From an uncultured delta proteobacterium (GTDB lineage: Bacteria > Desulfobacterota > Binatia > UBA9968): a stretch of 64,000 nucleotides of DNA. The first letter of the stretch is position 1, and each line of letters starts with the position of its first letter. The DNA is taken from the NCBI GenBank assembly GCA_963745835.1, contig CAVUZH010000016.1:160001-224000 (forward strand), in the 5' to 3' direction. The position numbers and the translations under genes were made by a program. The notes beneath the pieces are model-generated. The model had not been told where the DNA came from. It worked only from the letters and a program-made list of their open reading frames with translations, and did no database searches. Below are positions 1-10,051 of this stretch, one piece after another.

Positions 1-462
1 GATCATGCCCCACATGGAATAAACGTTGAATGGCGCAGACTCCAGGCCTAGGAGCCCCTTTAGAGTCAAATTAATCAACCCGATTTTTGGACTGAGAAGA
101 AGAATCCAGGAAATCGTGCTGAGAATCCCCGGAATAATGAAGGGGACCAACGCCATTACGACGAAGACTTTTTTAAATGGAGTATTGGTTCGTTCGCTGA
201 CCCAGGCCAGGAACGTTCCGATCAAACAGGTGAGCGCGCAGGTTCCGACCGCAAAGTAGAGCGAATTGAGAAAGAGAAGATAAAACTCCTTATCGAAATA
301 AGCCCTGACGTAGTTCTGGATCGTGTAGGTAGCACCGGGTTCGCCAATGGGAGCGCTTCTTATGCTGCCGTAAAGCAGCATAAGAAGCGGAACACCCGCC
401 AAGTAAACGACAAAAACGATAGCGCCGATCAGAATCAGGGTCTGGGAGTTTAAACGCCGCAC
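1..462 (-). CDS. ABC transporter permease, FbpB/ThiP-like; 3' end runs off the window
   Basis: Not in the ORF track; translated by hand. AGGAG SD then GTG at 462 gives MRRLNSQTLILIGAIVFVVYLAGVPLLMLLYGSIRSAPIGEPGATYTIQNY...FNVYSMWGMI, a hydrophobic N-terminus typical of iron/thiamine-type permeases; open to position 1. Confidence 0.8.
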   Translation of the reverse strand, partial: MRRLNSQTLILIGAIVFVVYLAGVPLLMLLYGSIRSAPIGEPGATYTIQNYVRAYFDKEFYLLFLNSLYFAVGTCALTCLIGTFLAWVSERTNTPFKKVFVVMALVPFIIPGILSTISWILLLSPKIGLINLTLKGLLGLESAPFNVYSMWGMI

Positions 463-483
463 CCTTAACTCCTGAAGACTGCG

Positions 484-1299
484 CTATGCGTCGATATTGT
501 GAATTACCTGGTCAGCGACCATGGTTTTTTTGACTTCTTCCTCAATCAAGTTCCAGAGGTGATCTTCGTATTCCAAGAACTTCGGATCACGTTTTACGGC
601 AAGTTTCCGGGGGCGAGGGATATCGATCTTGATGGTCTCTTTTACCCTCCCAGGCCGCGCTCCAAAAACAATCACTCGATCCGCCAGATAGATAGCTTCG
701 TTGATCTGGTGGGTAATGAAAAGAATCGTTTTCCTGGCTTCGTTCCAGATGCGCAATAACTCCAATTGCATAATCTCTCGGGTTTGCGCATCGAGCGCTG
801 CAAAAGGCTCGTCCATGATGAGGATTTCCGGATCAACAGTGAGAGCGCGGGCTAAATTACAGCGCTGCTGCATACCGCCGGAGAGTTCATGGGGGTAGTG
901 ATCTTCGAAGCCGGCAAGCCCGACCAACTTGATGAACTTCTGCGCCCGGTCTTTGCCTTCGCCATTATCGAGCCCCTGACATTCCAAGCCAAAGATCACA
1001 TTCTTAAAAACTGTTCTCCAAGGCATCAGGCAGGAATCTTGAAAAACCATTCCACGGTCTGTTCCCGGTCCGGTTATCAGCTGATCGTCGATCATCAATT
1101 GTCCACCGGTCGGCTTGAGCAACCCGTCGGCAAGATTGATGAAGGTGGTCTTGCCGCAACCGCTAGGCCCGACAATGGTGACAAACTCACCTTCGTCGAC
1201 CTGAAGATTGACGTTATCAAGCGCGAGCAGCCGACCTCCGGTACGCGGCTGGTAGTACTCCATCCGTAGATTGACTGCTTTAAGTTTGGTTTGTGCCAC
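484..1299 (-). CDS. ABC transporter ATP-binding protein, NitT/TauT family
   Basis: Walker A GPSGCGKT, signature LSGGMQQR, Walker [10 protein letters not shown]-terminal IPRPR; AGGAGG SD upstream. Confidence 0.93.
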   Translation of the reverse strand: MAQTKLKAVNLRMEYYQPRTGGRLLALDNVNLQVDEGEFVTIVGPSGCGKTTFINLADGLLKPTGGQLMIDDQLITGPGTDRGMVFQDSCLMPWRTVFKNVIFGLECQGLDNGEGKDRAQKFIKLVGLAGFEDHYPHELSGGMQQRCNLARALTVDPEILIMDEPFAALDAQTREIMQLELLRIWNEARKTILFITHQINEAIYLADRVIVFGARPGRVKETIKIDIPRPRKLAVKRDPKFLEYEDHLWNLIEEEVKKTMVADQVIHNIDA

Positions 1300-1413
1300 A
1301 TGGCCTCCTTAAATGGTTCTTTTCTCTATAAAACTTTTTTTAATCACCAACAGACGGACAAAACGTCGTACATTTAACAAAATCAAATCTTTTTTCAAGC
1401 GTTATTCCATAGA

Positions 1414-1442
1414 TTGACAACGCTTAGCCGATTCGGTAGTTT
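1414..1442 (+). promoter_or_regulatory. sigma70-type promoter of the GntR operon
   Basis: TTGACA (1414-1419), 17-nt spacer, TAGTTT (1437-1442). Confidence 0.7.
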
Positions 1443-1450
1443 CCCCAAAC

Positions 1451-1478
1451 AATTTGCATAAAATATTTTATGCAAATT
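1451..1478. promoter_or_regulatory. Perfect 28-bp palindrome, probable GntR operator
   Basis: AATTTGCATAAAATATTTTATGCAAATT is its own reverse complement; it lies between the -10 box and the GntR ATG. Confidence 0.75.
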
Positions 1479-1485
1479 CAGATCG

Positions 1486-2256
1486 ATGAATTATCCCCTG
1501 AAGCAACCTAAAACTAAATCGCGCGGTAGTGAAAATCTTTCGGTTCGCGTTTACAACGAGATCAAGAATCTAATCTTGTGCAATGAAATAATGCCCGGAC
1601 AAAAGCTCCATCATCAGCAACTCAGCGAACGACTCGGCGTGAGTAGAACTCCCGTTCGCGAAGCATTAACCCGATTAGTGCAGGAAGGATACGTCGCGTT
1701 TCTGCCGAATCGGGGTTTTACCTGCAAAGAAATTAGAATGCAAGAGGCCGAAGAGCTCTACGATCTCCGTGAAGCGCTCGAAGCATTTGCGGTGCAAAAG
1801 GCGATTGAAAAGCTTACCGATGCTGGGCTTGATCAGCTGCGCGAGAAGATGGATTTGTACGGCGGCGACGTGCAGAATCGGTTCACTAGAGAACGTCTTA
1901 TGTACGATCAGGACATTCACCTTGAGATCGCTCAATTGGCTGGCAACGAGACGTTGAAAAAAACTCTTGGGCATGTTTTTGAGCGGATCGTCTTGAAACG
2001 CAGAACCGACGGGCTCTATGACGCCGCGCGCGGCGTCAACGCTCATCAACAGCATCTACGGCTGTTGCAAGCGATGGAGCAGCGCAATATCGCTGAGGCG
2101 GTGAGCATCGTCCGGGCGCACATCCGCAAAGGAAAACAGAACGTGCTTTCAGATTTGGAGCAAAGGTTGGCGATCCGAGAATTACGTGCAACAGCAACGG
2201 TTGAAAAAAGCGAAAACCAAACACAAAGAAAGGAAGAGAAATGGCCGCAGATCTAG
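1486..2256 (+). CDS. GntR family transcriptional regulator (wHTH + FCD)
   Basis: wHTH motif LSERLGVSRTPVREAL; FCD-type C-terminus (LREALE, DQDIH, H residues). Confidence 0.93.
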   Translation: MNYPLKQPKTKSRGSENLSVRVYNEIKNLILCNEIMPGQKLHHQQLSERLGVSRTPVREALTRLVQEGYVAFLPNRGFTCKEIRMQEAEELYDLREALEAFAVQKAIEKLTDAGLDQLREKMDLYGGDVQNRFTRERLMYDQDIHLEIAQLAGNETLKKTLGHVFERIVLKRRTDGLYDAARGVNAHQQHLRLLQAMEQRNIAEAVSIVRAHIRKGKQNVLSDLEQRLAIRELRATATVEKSENQTQRKEEKWPQI

Positions 2257-3611
2257 TGATAAAAAACGGTTGGGTGGTAACACCCGAAGAAACGTTCCAA
2301 GGGGGAGTTGCCATCAGCAACGAGAAAATCGTCGCGATCGGCGCTAACGATGTATTACCTCAGGGGAAAGAAGAAATCGATGCCAAGGGGAAACACATAC
2401 TCCCGGGGATCATCGATGGACACGTCCACTTCAGGGAACCAGGGATGACCCACAAGGAGGACTTCACCACCGGGTCGACCGCCGCCGTTTGTGGCGGAAT
2501 TACCTCGGTCGTTGACATGCCGAATACCGTTCCCCCTACGGCCCAAGCCGAGCAGGTGAAAATAAAGCAGCAGCTGGGTGAGGCCAAGTCACTCGTCGAT
2601 TTTGGCGTCACCGGTGTCGTTGTGCAAACCAACACAAAAGACATTTTGCCGATGGCCGACGCCGGCGCCATTGGCTTCAAGATTTTCTTCGGTGAGACGA
2701 TTGGTAATCTCCCTTTCCCGGACGATGGCATGTGCATGGAGGCGTTCGACTACATCGCGCAATCGAAGTTGCCGTTGGGAATTCACGCAGAAAATCGGCA
2801 GATCATGGCGTACTGCACCAACAAGCTAAAAACCGAGGGCAAGAACGAGGCCCGTTACTGGGAGGCATCGCGCCCGGATATCTGCGAGGCAGAATCCGTC
2901 CATCACGCGATTTTCTTCGCAGAGATGTTCGGCACCAAGCTGCATGTCTTCCATATGAGCTCGAAGCAGGCAGCCTACATGGTGCGCGATGCCAAGGCCC
3001 GAGGCATGAGGATCACCGCCGAAACCGGCCCGCATTACCTCCTGCGCGAGCCCAACGACATGGATCAAGTCGGCTCATTGCTGAAGATGAACCCGCCGGT
3101 GCGAACCAAGGATCACGGCGAAGTTCTGTGGCAGGGCCTTCGTGAAGGATTTGTTGACACTCTGGCCACCGATCATTCACCGCATACTCTCGATGAAAAA
3201 GGTTCGGATATTTACGGAAAGCTCACCAAACCTGCGATCTGGGACTGCATCTCGGGTTTCTGCGGTGTTGAAACCGGCGTTCCCCTGATCTTGACTGAAG
3301 TGAACAAAGGTCGCTTGACCCTGAATCAGTATGTCAAGGTAGCCTGTGAAAATCCGGCTAGGGTTTGGCAGGTCTACCCAAAAAAGGGCGCCATCAGGCT
3401 TGGCTCGGACGGCGATATCACCATCGTCGATATGGATAAGGAAGGCACCATCGACGTCAATAAGCTGCACAGCAAGAACAAGCCGTCCCCATGGCATGGT
3501 TGGAAAGTCAAAGGGCTGCCGGTATGCACGGTAGTGCGAGGTCATGTGCAAATGCGCGACGGCGAGCCTTGTGGTAAGCCGATCGGCCGCATGCTCAGGC
3601 CTTTAATCTAG
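2241..3611 (+). CDS. Cyclic amidohydrolase, dihydroorotase/allantoinase family
   Basis: DGHVHFREPG, DMPNTVPP, GFKIF (carbamylated Lys), KMNPPVR, TDHSPH. Confidence 0.88.
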   Translation: MAADLVIKNGWVVTPEETFQGGVAISNEKIVAIGANDVLPQGKEEIDAKGKHILPGIIDGHVHFREPGMTHKEDFTTGSTAAVCGGITSVVDMPNTVPPTAQAEQVKIKQQLGEAKSLVDFGVTGVVVQTNTKDILPMADAGAIGFKIFFGETIGNLPFPDDGMCMEAFDYIAQSKLPLGIHAENRQIMAYCTNKLKTEGKNEARYWEASRPDICEAESVHHAIFFAEMFGTKLHVFHMSSKQAAYMVRDAKARGMRITAETGPHYLLREPNDMDQVGSLLKMNPPVRTKDHGEVLWQGLREGFVDTLATDHSPHTLDEKGSDIYGKLTKPAIWDCISGFCGVETGVPLILTEVNKGRLTLNQYVKVACENPARVWQVYPKKGAIRLGSDGDITIVDMDKEGTIDVNKLHSKNKPSPWHGWKVKGLPVCTVVRGHVQMRDGEPCGKPIGRMLRPLI

Positions 3612-3746
3612 GTCTCCGCAGCCATTTACAGCGAACGTCCGGCGGCATACGCTGAATCGGTTCTAGTAGTGAGTGACGTTTTCTTTTCGTCCTAACTGAA
3701 TTTGGGTTTGCCGCTGGGCGTCTTCGCTTTCGCGAGGAAGTAGCCG

Positions 3747-4658
3747 ATGAAACGCACCGAAGCTTTCGAGATGTACCAGCCGACTTCGCTTAGTGAGGCC
3801 AGTCTGCTCCTGAAAGAGAAAGGCCCTGGCGGCCGTTTTCTTGCGGGAGGGACCGACCTGGTGATCGCGATGAAGGAGAAAGGTTTGGTGCCGAAGTATG
3901 TTGTCGATCTCAAACGGCTTCCGGGCCTATCCGGCATCCGTCAAAATAGCGACGGCAGCATTGTCATCGGCGCGTTGACGACCATGCGCGAGATCGAGAT
4001 ATCTCCGCTGCTCACCAAGAAGTATCCCTTTCTTTGCCAAAGCGCGGCGGAAGTGGGTTCAATTCAGATCCGCAACCGGGCAACCATCGGCGGCAACATG
4101 TCCAATGCCACCCCTTCAGCCGATGTCGCGCCAAGCCTAATTGCGCTTCAAGCCACAGCAAAAATCGCCAGTGACCGTAGCGAACGCAGCGTAGCGATCG
4201 AAGAATTCTTCCGCGGTCCCGGGTTGAATATCATGGATCCGGATGAGATTCTTACGGAAATCACGATTCCGAAAACTAGCCCACGGCTTGTCGGCGAGTA
4301 CATCAAGTTCTCGCCCCGCGAGATGATGGATCTGGCATACGTCGGCGTAGCGGCAGCGTACACGGTCGGCGAAAAGGAAAATAGATGCGAGGGCGTGCGG
4401 ATTGTTCTGGGCGCGGTCGCTCCGACCCCGATTCGCGCGAAAAAGGCGGAAGCCACGCTAGAAGGCCAAGTGCTGTCCGAAGAGTTGGCCGAGAAGGTTG
4501 GAGCCATCGCCGCGGAAGAGGCAAGACCGATCAGCGATGTTCGGTCGTCAGCGGATTATCGGCGCGCCATGGTCGGAGCTATGACCAAGCGGGCGCTGCT
4601 CAATGCCATGGTCGGTCCGGCAAAGTCCTGGGTCGAGCGGCGCGATCGTAGATACTAG
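3747..4658 (+). CDS. Molybdenum hydroxylase FAD subunit (CoxM/XdhB-like)
   Basis: AGGTDL, QIRNRATIGGN, PISDVRSSADYR. Confidence 0.93.
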   Translation: MKRTEAFEMYQPTSLSEASLLLKEKGPGGRFLAGGTDLVIAMKEKGLVPKYVVDLKRLPGLSGIRQNSDGSIVIGALTTMREIEISPLLTKKYPFLCQSAAEVGSIQIRNRATIGGNMSNATPSADVAPSLIALQATAKIASDRSERSVAIEEFFRGPGLNIMDPDEILTEITIPKTSPRLVGEYIKFSPREMMDLAYVGVAAAYTVGEKENRCEGVRIVLGAVAPTPIRAKKAEATLEGQVLSEELAEKVGAIAAEEARPISDVRSSADYRRAMVGAMTKRALLNAMVGPAKSWVERRDRRY

Positions 4659-4733
4659 AACCAGTGCTGGAGAACCGCGGTTAGTTCCCCTCGATCAACT
4701 CCATCGGTTCGATTATGTTTAAGTGAGGCAGTC

Positions 4734-5213
4734 ATGAATAAGAAAATTCAATTCACGTTGAACGGGAAAAGCATCACAAGGGAAGTCGCCAGCCATCGGC
4801 TGTTGCTCGACTTGCTCCGTGATGAAATCGGCCTTACCGGAACTAAGGAAGGCTGTGGCACCGGAGACTGCGGCGCTTGCACGGTTCTAATGAACGGCAA
4901 ACCTGTCAATTCGTGCCTGATTCTTTCAGGCGAACTCGACGATGCCACCATCGTCACGATTGAAGGCCTCAAAATCGGCCCCGAGCTTCACGCCATTCAA
5001 AAAGCGTTCATTGAAGATGGCGGCGCGCAATGCGGCTATTGCACGCCAGGAATGTTGATGATGTCGAAAGCTCTGCTCGACGAGAATCCTGCACCCAGTG
5101 AAGAAGACATCCGCTTCGCTCTCTCCGGCAACCTTTGCCGTTGCACCGGATACGCCAAGATCGTTCAAGCCGTCCAAGACGCGGCAGCGATGATGCGCAA
5201 TAAGAGCGAGTGA
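4734..5213 (+). CDS. Molybdenum hydroxylase [2Fe-2S] subunit (CoxS-like)
   Basis: GCGTGDCGACTV...SC and QCGYCTPG...NLCRCTGY. Confidence 0.95.
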   Translation: MNKKIQFTLNGKSITREVASHRLLLDLLRDEIGLTGTKEGCGTGDCGACTVLMNGKPVNSCLILSGELDDATIVTIEGLKIGPELHAIQKAFIEDGGAQCGYCTPGMLMMSKALLDENPAPSEEDIRFALSGNLCRCTGYAKIVQAVQDAAAMMRNKSE

Positions 5214-5285
5214 CCGGTTCTTCAGATGACGGATTTATCTACCTATTTTAAGATTGAACGTTTCACACGTTTTTAGGAGTTAGCC

Positions 5286-7601
5286 ATGGCCGAGCTTACA
5301 GTTGTTGGGAAGCCAGTCACCCGTGTCGATGCAAACGAGAAAGTTACCGGGGAAGCAGTTTACGGATACGACCTGATCCTTCCCAACATGCTCTACGGCA
5401 AGACTCTATTCAGTCCCAAGGCACACGCCAGGATCAAGAAAATCGATACCGAGAAGGCTAAAAGCTATCCTGGTGTTGTCGCGGTCGTAACCGGCGCGGA
5501 TGCGCCGTGGACGCATGGAGAAAGCATCAAGGATAAACCCTTCTTAGCTCACGACAAAGTTCGTTATATCGGTGAACCCGTCGCCGCTGTCGCTGCAGAA
5601 GACGAAGATACTGCGCAGGCCGCAGTAAAGCTGATCGAAGTGGAATACGAAGATTTACCGGTCTACGTGGATCCGGAGCAGGCGAGCAAAGCCGACGCCA
5701 GTGCCATTCATGAGGATTTTCCCAATTACCGTAAAGCTGAGTTCATCGTTCCCGGCGCGCATGCCAACGTCGCTGAACATTTCAAGCTTCGCACCGGCGA
5801 TGTCGAGCAAGGCTTCAAAGAATCAGATCTTGTGTTGGACGAAAGATATTTTGTGCCGATGATCCAGCATGCCGCCATGGAACCGCATTCGGCGCACGCG
5901 CAGTTTGATAAAGATAGCGGTCGTCTGACCATCTGGGTCGCCAACGACGCGCCGTTCCGGGCACTTAATGAACTTACCGAAGCGCTGGAGATGCCAAAAG
6001 AAAAAATTCGCCTTATCAACCCGCTTCAGGGCGGCGGCTTCGGTTCCAAAGGGGGCTTGAAGGTGGAGCCGATCGCCGTAGCGCTGGCGTTCCACACCAA
6101 CGGAAGACCGGTGCGCGTGAAGTTTAACCGCGAAGAAACCTTTATCTCGACATTGACCCGGCACGAGGCGGTCGTTTACTGCAAGACCGGTGTCAAAAAA
6201 GACGGCACGCTGATGGCGCGCGATATGACAATCTACTGGGGCGCGGGTGCCTACGCTGAAAAGAGCCCGACGGTGTGTATCCGCGGCAGTTTGCCCGCCC
6301 CGGGTCCCTACCGGATCCCGCACGTGAAAGTCGATGGCTATGCCGTCTACACAAACAAACCGGTGGCGGGCTCGTATCGCGGTTACGGCATTCCCCAAGG
6401 GGCCTGGGCGGGAGAGCAACAGATGGACGAAATCGCCAAGCGCCTGGGCATGGATCCGGTTGAAATCCGCATGAAGAATATTTTTGTCGAAGGCGACATC
6501 TCATATTGGGGCGAGCAGCTTCATGCAGTGGGCTTGAAAGAAACGTTGACCAAAGCAATTGAAGCTATTGATTGGGGTAAGAAGCCACAGCAAACAAAGC
6601 CGGGTGTCAAAATCGGCAAGGGTTTCGCCTGCATTCAGAAGCCGACGCGCAGCCCCACCACGTCGGCGTCAGGTGTCGTCGTCGATACCAAAGGCGACGT
6701 CACCGTGCTTGCAGGCACTGTGGAAATCGGCCAGGGGTGCAATACCATCCTATCGCAAGTAGCGGCGGAAGAGCTCAAGGTGCCAATGGCAAGAGTTCAC
6801 ATGCACCCTCTCGACACCGACGTGATTCCGTATGATGCGTCAACGACTTCGAGCCGGAGCACTTATCATATGGGCAATGCGGTGCGCCGCGCGGCGATTC
6901 ACGCCCGTGAACAGATCATGGAAGCCGCCGCTCCCATTTTTGAAGCGCGAAGCGAAGATTTAGATTGCGCCGACGGTAAAGTATTTCTCAAAGATCAGCC
7001 GCAGATGGCGCTGAGTCTTGGCGAGGTGGTACGCCGTAAGTTAGGTCCGGAGGGGATCGTTCGCGGCGACGGCGCATACACCTATGAGATCGGCAAGGAT
7101 CTCGACTTGGAAACGGGTCACAGTGACCACGCATCGGCCTTCTACATGTACGCCACGCAAGCCGCCGAAGTAGCGGTAGACGAGGACAGCGGTCGTGTGA
7201 GAATCCTGCGCATGTCCGCCGCGCATGACGTCGGCAGAGCCATCAATCCGCTGAACTGCGTTGCTCAGATCGAAGGCGGCGTGGTCATGGGGATCGGCTC
7301 CGCGCTGCACGAGGAGATGGTAATCGATCAGACCGGCAAGGTCCGCAACCCTTCCTTTCTCGACTATCATCTGGTTACTTCTCTCGATACTCCCGAGCTC
7401 ATTCCGATCATCGTTGAATGCAACGAACCTGAAGGTCCTTACGGCGCCAAGGGGCTTGGCGAACCGGGGCTCGCCCCCACCCCCGCCGCCATCGGCAACG
7501 CAGTCGCCGATGCCTTGGGAGTCAGAATTTACGATCTGCCGCTCAAGCCGGAAAATGTCTTTTGGGCTATTCAGAACAAGAACAAAAAGACCGCCGCCTG
7601 A
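5286..7601 (+). CDS. Xanthine dehydrogenase family molybdopterin-binding subunit
   Basis: KVTG, GGGFGSK, SYRGYG, QIEGG, catalytic KGLGE; lacks the CoxL AYxCSFR motif. Confidence 0.93.
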   Translation: MAELTVVGKPVTRVDANEKVTGEAVYGYDLILPNMLYGKTLFSPKAHARIKKIDTEKAKSYPGVVAVVTGADAPWTHGESIKDKPFLAHDKVRYIGEPVAAVAAEDEDTAQAAVKLIEVEYEDLPVYVDPEQASKADASAIHEDFPNYRKAEFIVPGAHANVAEHFKLRTGDVEQGFKESDLVLDERYFVPMIQHAAMEPHSAHAQFDKDSGRLTIWVANDAPFRALNELTEALEMPKEKIRLINPLQGGGFGSKGGLKVEPIAVALAFHTNGRPVRVKFNREETFISTLTRHEAVVYCKTGVKKDGTLMARDMTIYWGAGAYAEKSPTVCIRGSLPAPGPYRIPHVKVDGYAVYTNKPVAGSYRGYGIPQGAWAGEQQMDEIAKRLGMDPVEIRMKNIFVEGDISYWGEQLHAVGLKETLTKAIEAIDWGKKPQQTKPGVKIGKGFACIQKPTRSPTTSASGVVVDTKGDVTVLAGTVEIGQGCNTILSQVAAEELKVPMARVHMHPLDTDVIPYDASTTSSRSTYHMGNAVRRAAIHAREQIMEAAAPIFEARSEDLDCADGKVFLKDQPQMALSLGEVVRRKLGPEGIVRGDGAYTYEIGKDLDLETGHSDHASAFYMYATQAAEVAVDEDSGRVRILRMSAAHDVGRAINPLNCVAQIEGGVVMGIGSALHEEMVIDQTGKVRNPSFLDYHLVTSLDTPELIPIIVECNEPEGPYGAKGLGEPGLAPTPAAIGNAVADALGVRIYDLPLKPENVFWAIQNKNKKTAA

Positions 7602-7656
7602 TTATTCGATCGTAATCCATTTCCTCTTCGTCTAAAATACGCCAAATTCCAGCGGC

Positions 7657-7680
7657 GCAAGGGTTAAGTTTCGCCCTTGC
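7657..7680 (+). terminator. Possible terminator hairpin after the Mo subunit gene
   Basis: GCAAGGG-N10-CCCTTGC with only a weak U tail. Confidence 0.3.
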
Positions 7681-7686
7681 TTCGAC

Positions 7687-8892
7687 GTGGGGGTCGACGT
7701 GGTCGGTACCAAAAGGAAAAGTTCGTACATTTCTCTTATCCTGACGTTAGCTCTCTCTGCCTCTCGTTTTTCCACTGCAATTGCGGCCGAAGCACCGGCA
7801 ATTGGAATCCCGGGCGGGATTCAAACCGTGCCGGGAATGCCTCCGGTCATCGATCCGAACAATATCTACAGCGAGACGCGGCCTGACAAGCTGAGCGCAA
7901 CGGTGGCAAAACACCTCTCGCGCGTTTATGTGCCGAACCGTAGTTCTAACGATGTCTGGGTGATCGATCCCACGACCGATAAAGTCGTCAACAAATTCCG
8001 TGTCGGCGTTCATCCGCAGCACGTTGTTCCTTCCTGGGATTTAAAAACACTCTGGGTCAATAATAACGCTGAAGGACGAGACGACGGCAGCGTGACACCC
8101 ATCGATCCTGTAACCGGCAAACCGGGGAAGAATATTCCGGTCGATGACCCCTACAATATGTACTTCACACCCGACGGCAGCGCCGCGATTATTGTCGCCG
8201 AAGCGCGCAAGCGGCTTGATTTCCGCGACCCGCAGACTATGGCGATGAAGTATTCCATAGACACGCCTAATTGCGCCGGCATCAACCATGCCGATTTTTC
8301 CATGGATGGTCGCTACGCGTTTTTCACTTGTGAATACGCCGGTAGTCTAGTCAAGATTGATCTCATCGAGAAGAAAGTGGTCGGCTATCTAAAGTTTTCC
8401 AAGGGCGGAATGCCGCAGGATATCCGTATTTCTCCCGACGGCAGATTTTTTTACGTTGCCGATATGAAGGCAGCGGGCGTATTCCTGGTTGAAGGTGAGA
8501 GTTTTAAAGAGATCGGACATATCAAAACCGGCCTGGGCACGCACGGTCTCTATCCCAGTCGTGATGGAACGCAACTCTACGTCGCTAATCGGGGTGTCGC
8601 CCGGGTCTACGGCCCTCCCAAAGGAAAAGGCAGCGTGAGCGTGATCGATTTTGCAACGCGTAAAGTGACCGCTGACTGGCCGATTCCGGGTGGCGGCAGT
8701 CCGGACATGGGTAATCTCAGCATCGACGGAAATACATTGTGGCTTTCGGGCCGCTATGATAATGCCGTTTACAAAATCGATACGACTACAGGTCATTCAA
8801 AGATTATCTCGGTCAAAACCGAACCTCACGGTTTGACCGTCTGGCCGCAGCCGGGCCGTTATTCTCTTGGACATACGGGAAATCTGCGCTAA
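7687..8892 (+). CDS. Secreted YVTN/YncE-like beta-propeller protein
   Basis: Signal peptide ending AIA; repeats such as SPDGRFFYVAD and SRDGTQLYVAN...VSVID. Start codon uncertain. Confidence 0.85.
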   Translation: MGVDVVGTKRKSSYISLILTLALSASRFSTAIAAEAPAIGIPGGIQTVPGMPPVIDPNNIYSETRPDKLSATVAKHLSRVYVPNRSSNDVWVIDPTTDKVVNKFRVGVHPQHVVPSWDLKTLWVNNNAEGRDDGSVTPIDPVTGKPGKNIPVDDPYNMYFTPDGSAAIIVAEARKRLDFRDPQTMAMKYSIDTPNCAGINHADFSMDGRYAFFTCEYAGSLVKIDLIEKKVVGYLKFSKGGMPQDIRISPDGRFFYVADMKAAGVFLVEGESFKEIGHIKTGLGTHGLYPSRDGTQLYVANRGVARVYGPPKGKGSVSVIDFATRKVTADWPIPGGGSPDMGNLSIDGNTLWLSGRYDNAVYKIDTTTGHSKIISVKTEPHGLTVWPQPGRYSLGHTGNLR

Positions 8893-8939
8893 ACGTATCG
8901 CCGCACGTTCTCACAACCTTTGGCTCAATGGGGGTTTTT

Positions 8940-9974
8940 ATGGCAAAGATTGCCGGTCTTTTTCTGATGCTTCTTCTTGTCGGCGCCGCGAACACCAACA
9001 CTCAAGCTGCCAGCGCAGAGCAAAGTTTCTACAAAGGCAAAACAATACGGATCATCGTCGGCTTTGCCGCCGGCGGCGGATTCGACGCCTACGCGCGCGC
9101 GATCGCGCGCAATCTCAGTCGGCACATTCCCGGTAATCCGGCAGTCATCGTCGACAACATGACCGGCGCCGGTAGCCGAATCGCCGCCAATTATCTCTAT
9201 AAAACACCGCCCGATGGCCTGATCATCGGCAACTTCATCGGCTCACTGGTCTTGCAGCAGATCATGGGCGACAAAAGCGTCGAGTTCGACGGGCGAAAAT
9301 TCGAGTGGCTCGGCGCTCCAGTGCAGGACGAAACCGTTTGCGCAATCACCAAAGCCAGCGGCATCAATTCCCTGGATGATTGGTTTGCGGCCAAAAAGCC
9401 GGTGAAGCTCGGGGGCGAGGCTCCCGGCGCCAACGACTCCGATGCCCCTAGAATTTTGAAAGCGGCGCTGGGTCTGCCGATCCAGCTGATCGAAGGATTC
9501 AAGGGAACTTCCGACATACGCATCGCTGCTGAAGCCGGTGAAGTCGACGGCGGTTGCTGGACGTGGGCATCGATCCGAACAACCTGGAGCAAGGGGCTGG
9601 AGTCCGGTCTGGTAAAGCCAATTATCCAGATCAACCCGAAGAAGGCGGCGGACATTCCCAACGTTCCCAACGCCATCGATTATGCGAAAACAGCCGAGGC
9701 TCGCGTGCTGATCGAATCAGGCACGCACGCTCCATCCGCGATCCTCCGCGCCTATGCGCTTGCTCCCGGAACCCCTAAGGAGCGGATCAACACTCTCCGC
9801 ACCGCTTTCAACGCGACTATGAAAGATCCGGAATTTGTCGCCGAGATGGATAAGTCGAAGCTGGAAATAAATCCGTTGTCGGGCTCCGAAATGGAGAGCA
9901 TCGTCAAAAAGCTGTTTGGGATGGATGCCGCCAACGTCGCAAAAATCAGAGAGGTCCTAGTTCCTAAAAATTAG
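8940..9974 (+). CDS. Tripartite tricarboxylate transporter substrate-binding protein (TctC/Bug)
   Basis: FYKGKTIRIIVGFAAGGGFDAYAR, NMTGAGS, PPDG, PGTP; signal peptide. Alternative start at 8928. Confidence 0.9.
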   Translation: MAKIAGLFLMLLLVGAANTNTQAASAEQSFYKGKTIRIIVGFAAGGGFDAYARAIARNLSRHIPGNPAVIVDNMTGAGSRIAANYLYKTPPDGLIIGNFIGSLVLQQIMGDKSVEFDGRKFEWLGAPVQDETVCAITKASGINSLDDWFAAKKPVKLGGEAPGANDSDAPRILKAALGLPIQLIEGFKGTSDIRIAAEAGEVDGGCWTWASIRTTWSKGLESGLVKPIIQINPKKAADIPNVPNAIDYAKTAEARVLIESGTHAPSAILRAYALAPGTPKERINTLRTAFNATMKDPEFVAEMDKSKLEINPLSGSEMESIVKKLFGMDAANVAKIREVLVPKN

Positions 9975-10051
9975 CGCCGTGATTGTACGCGTTGAGTACT
10001 CCGTCGTTGATGGACAGTCCGTTTGAACTCAGCGGGTGCTGTGCGCTTTCG

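Noticed and set aside
3747-7601. Aerobic CO dehydrogenase coxMSL
   Set aside because: Gene order matches, but the large subunit has GSYRGYG rather than AYxCSFR, and no cox accessory genes are present.
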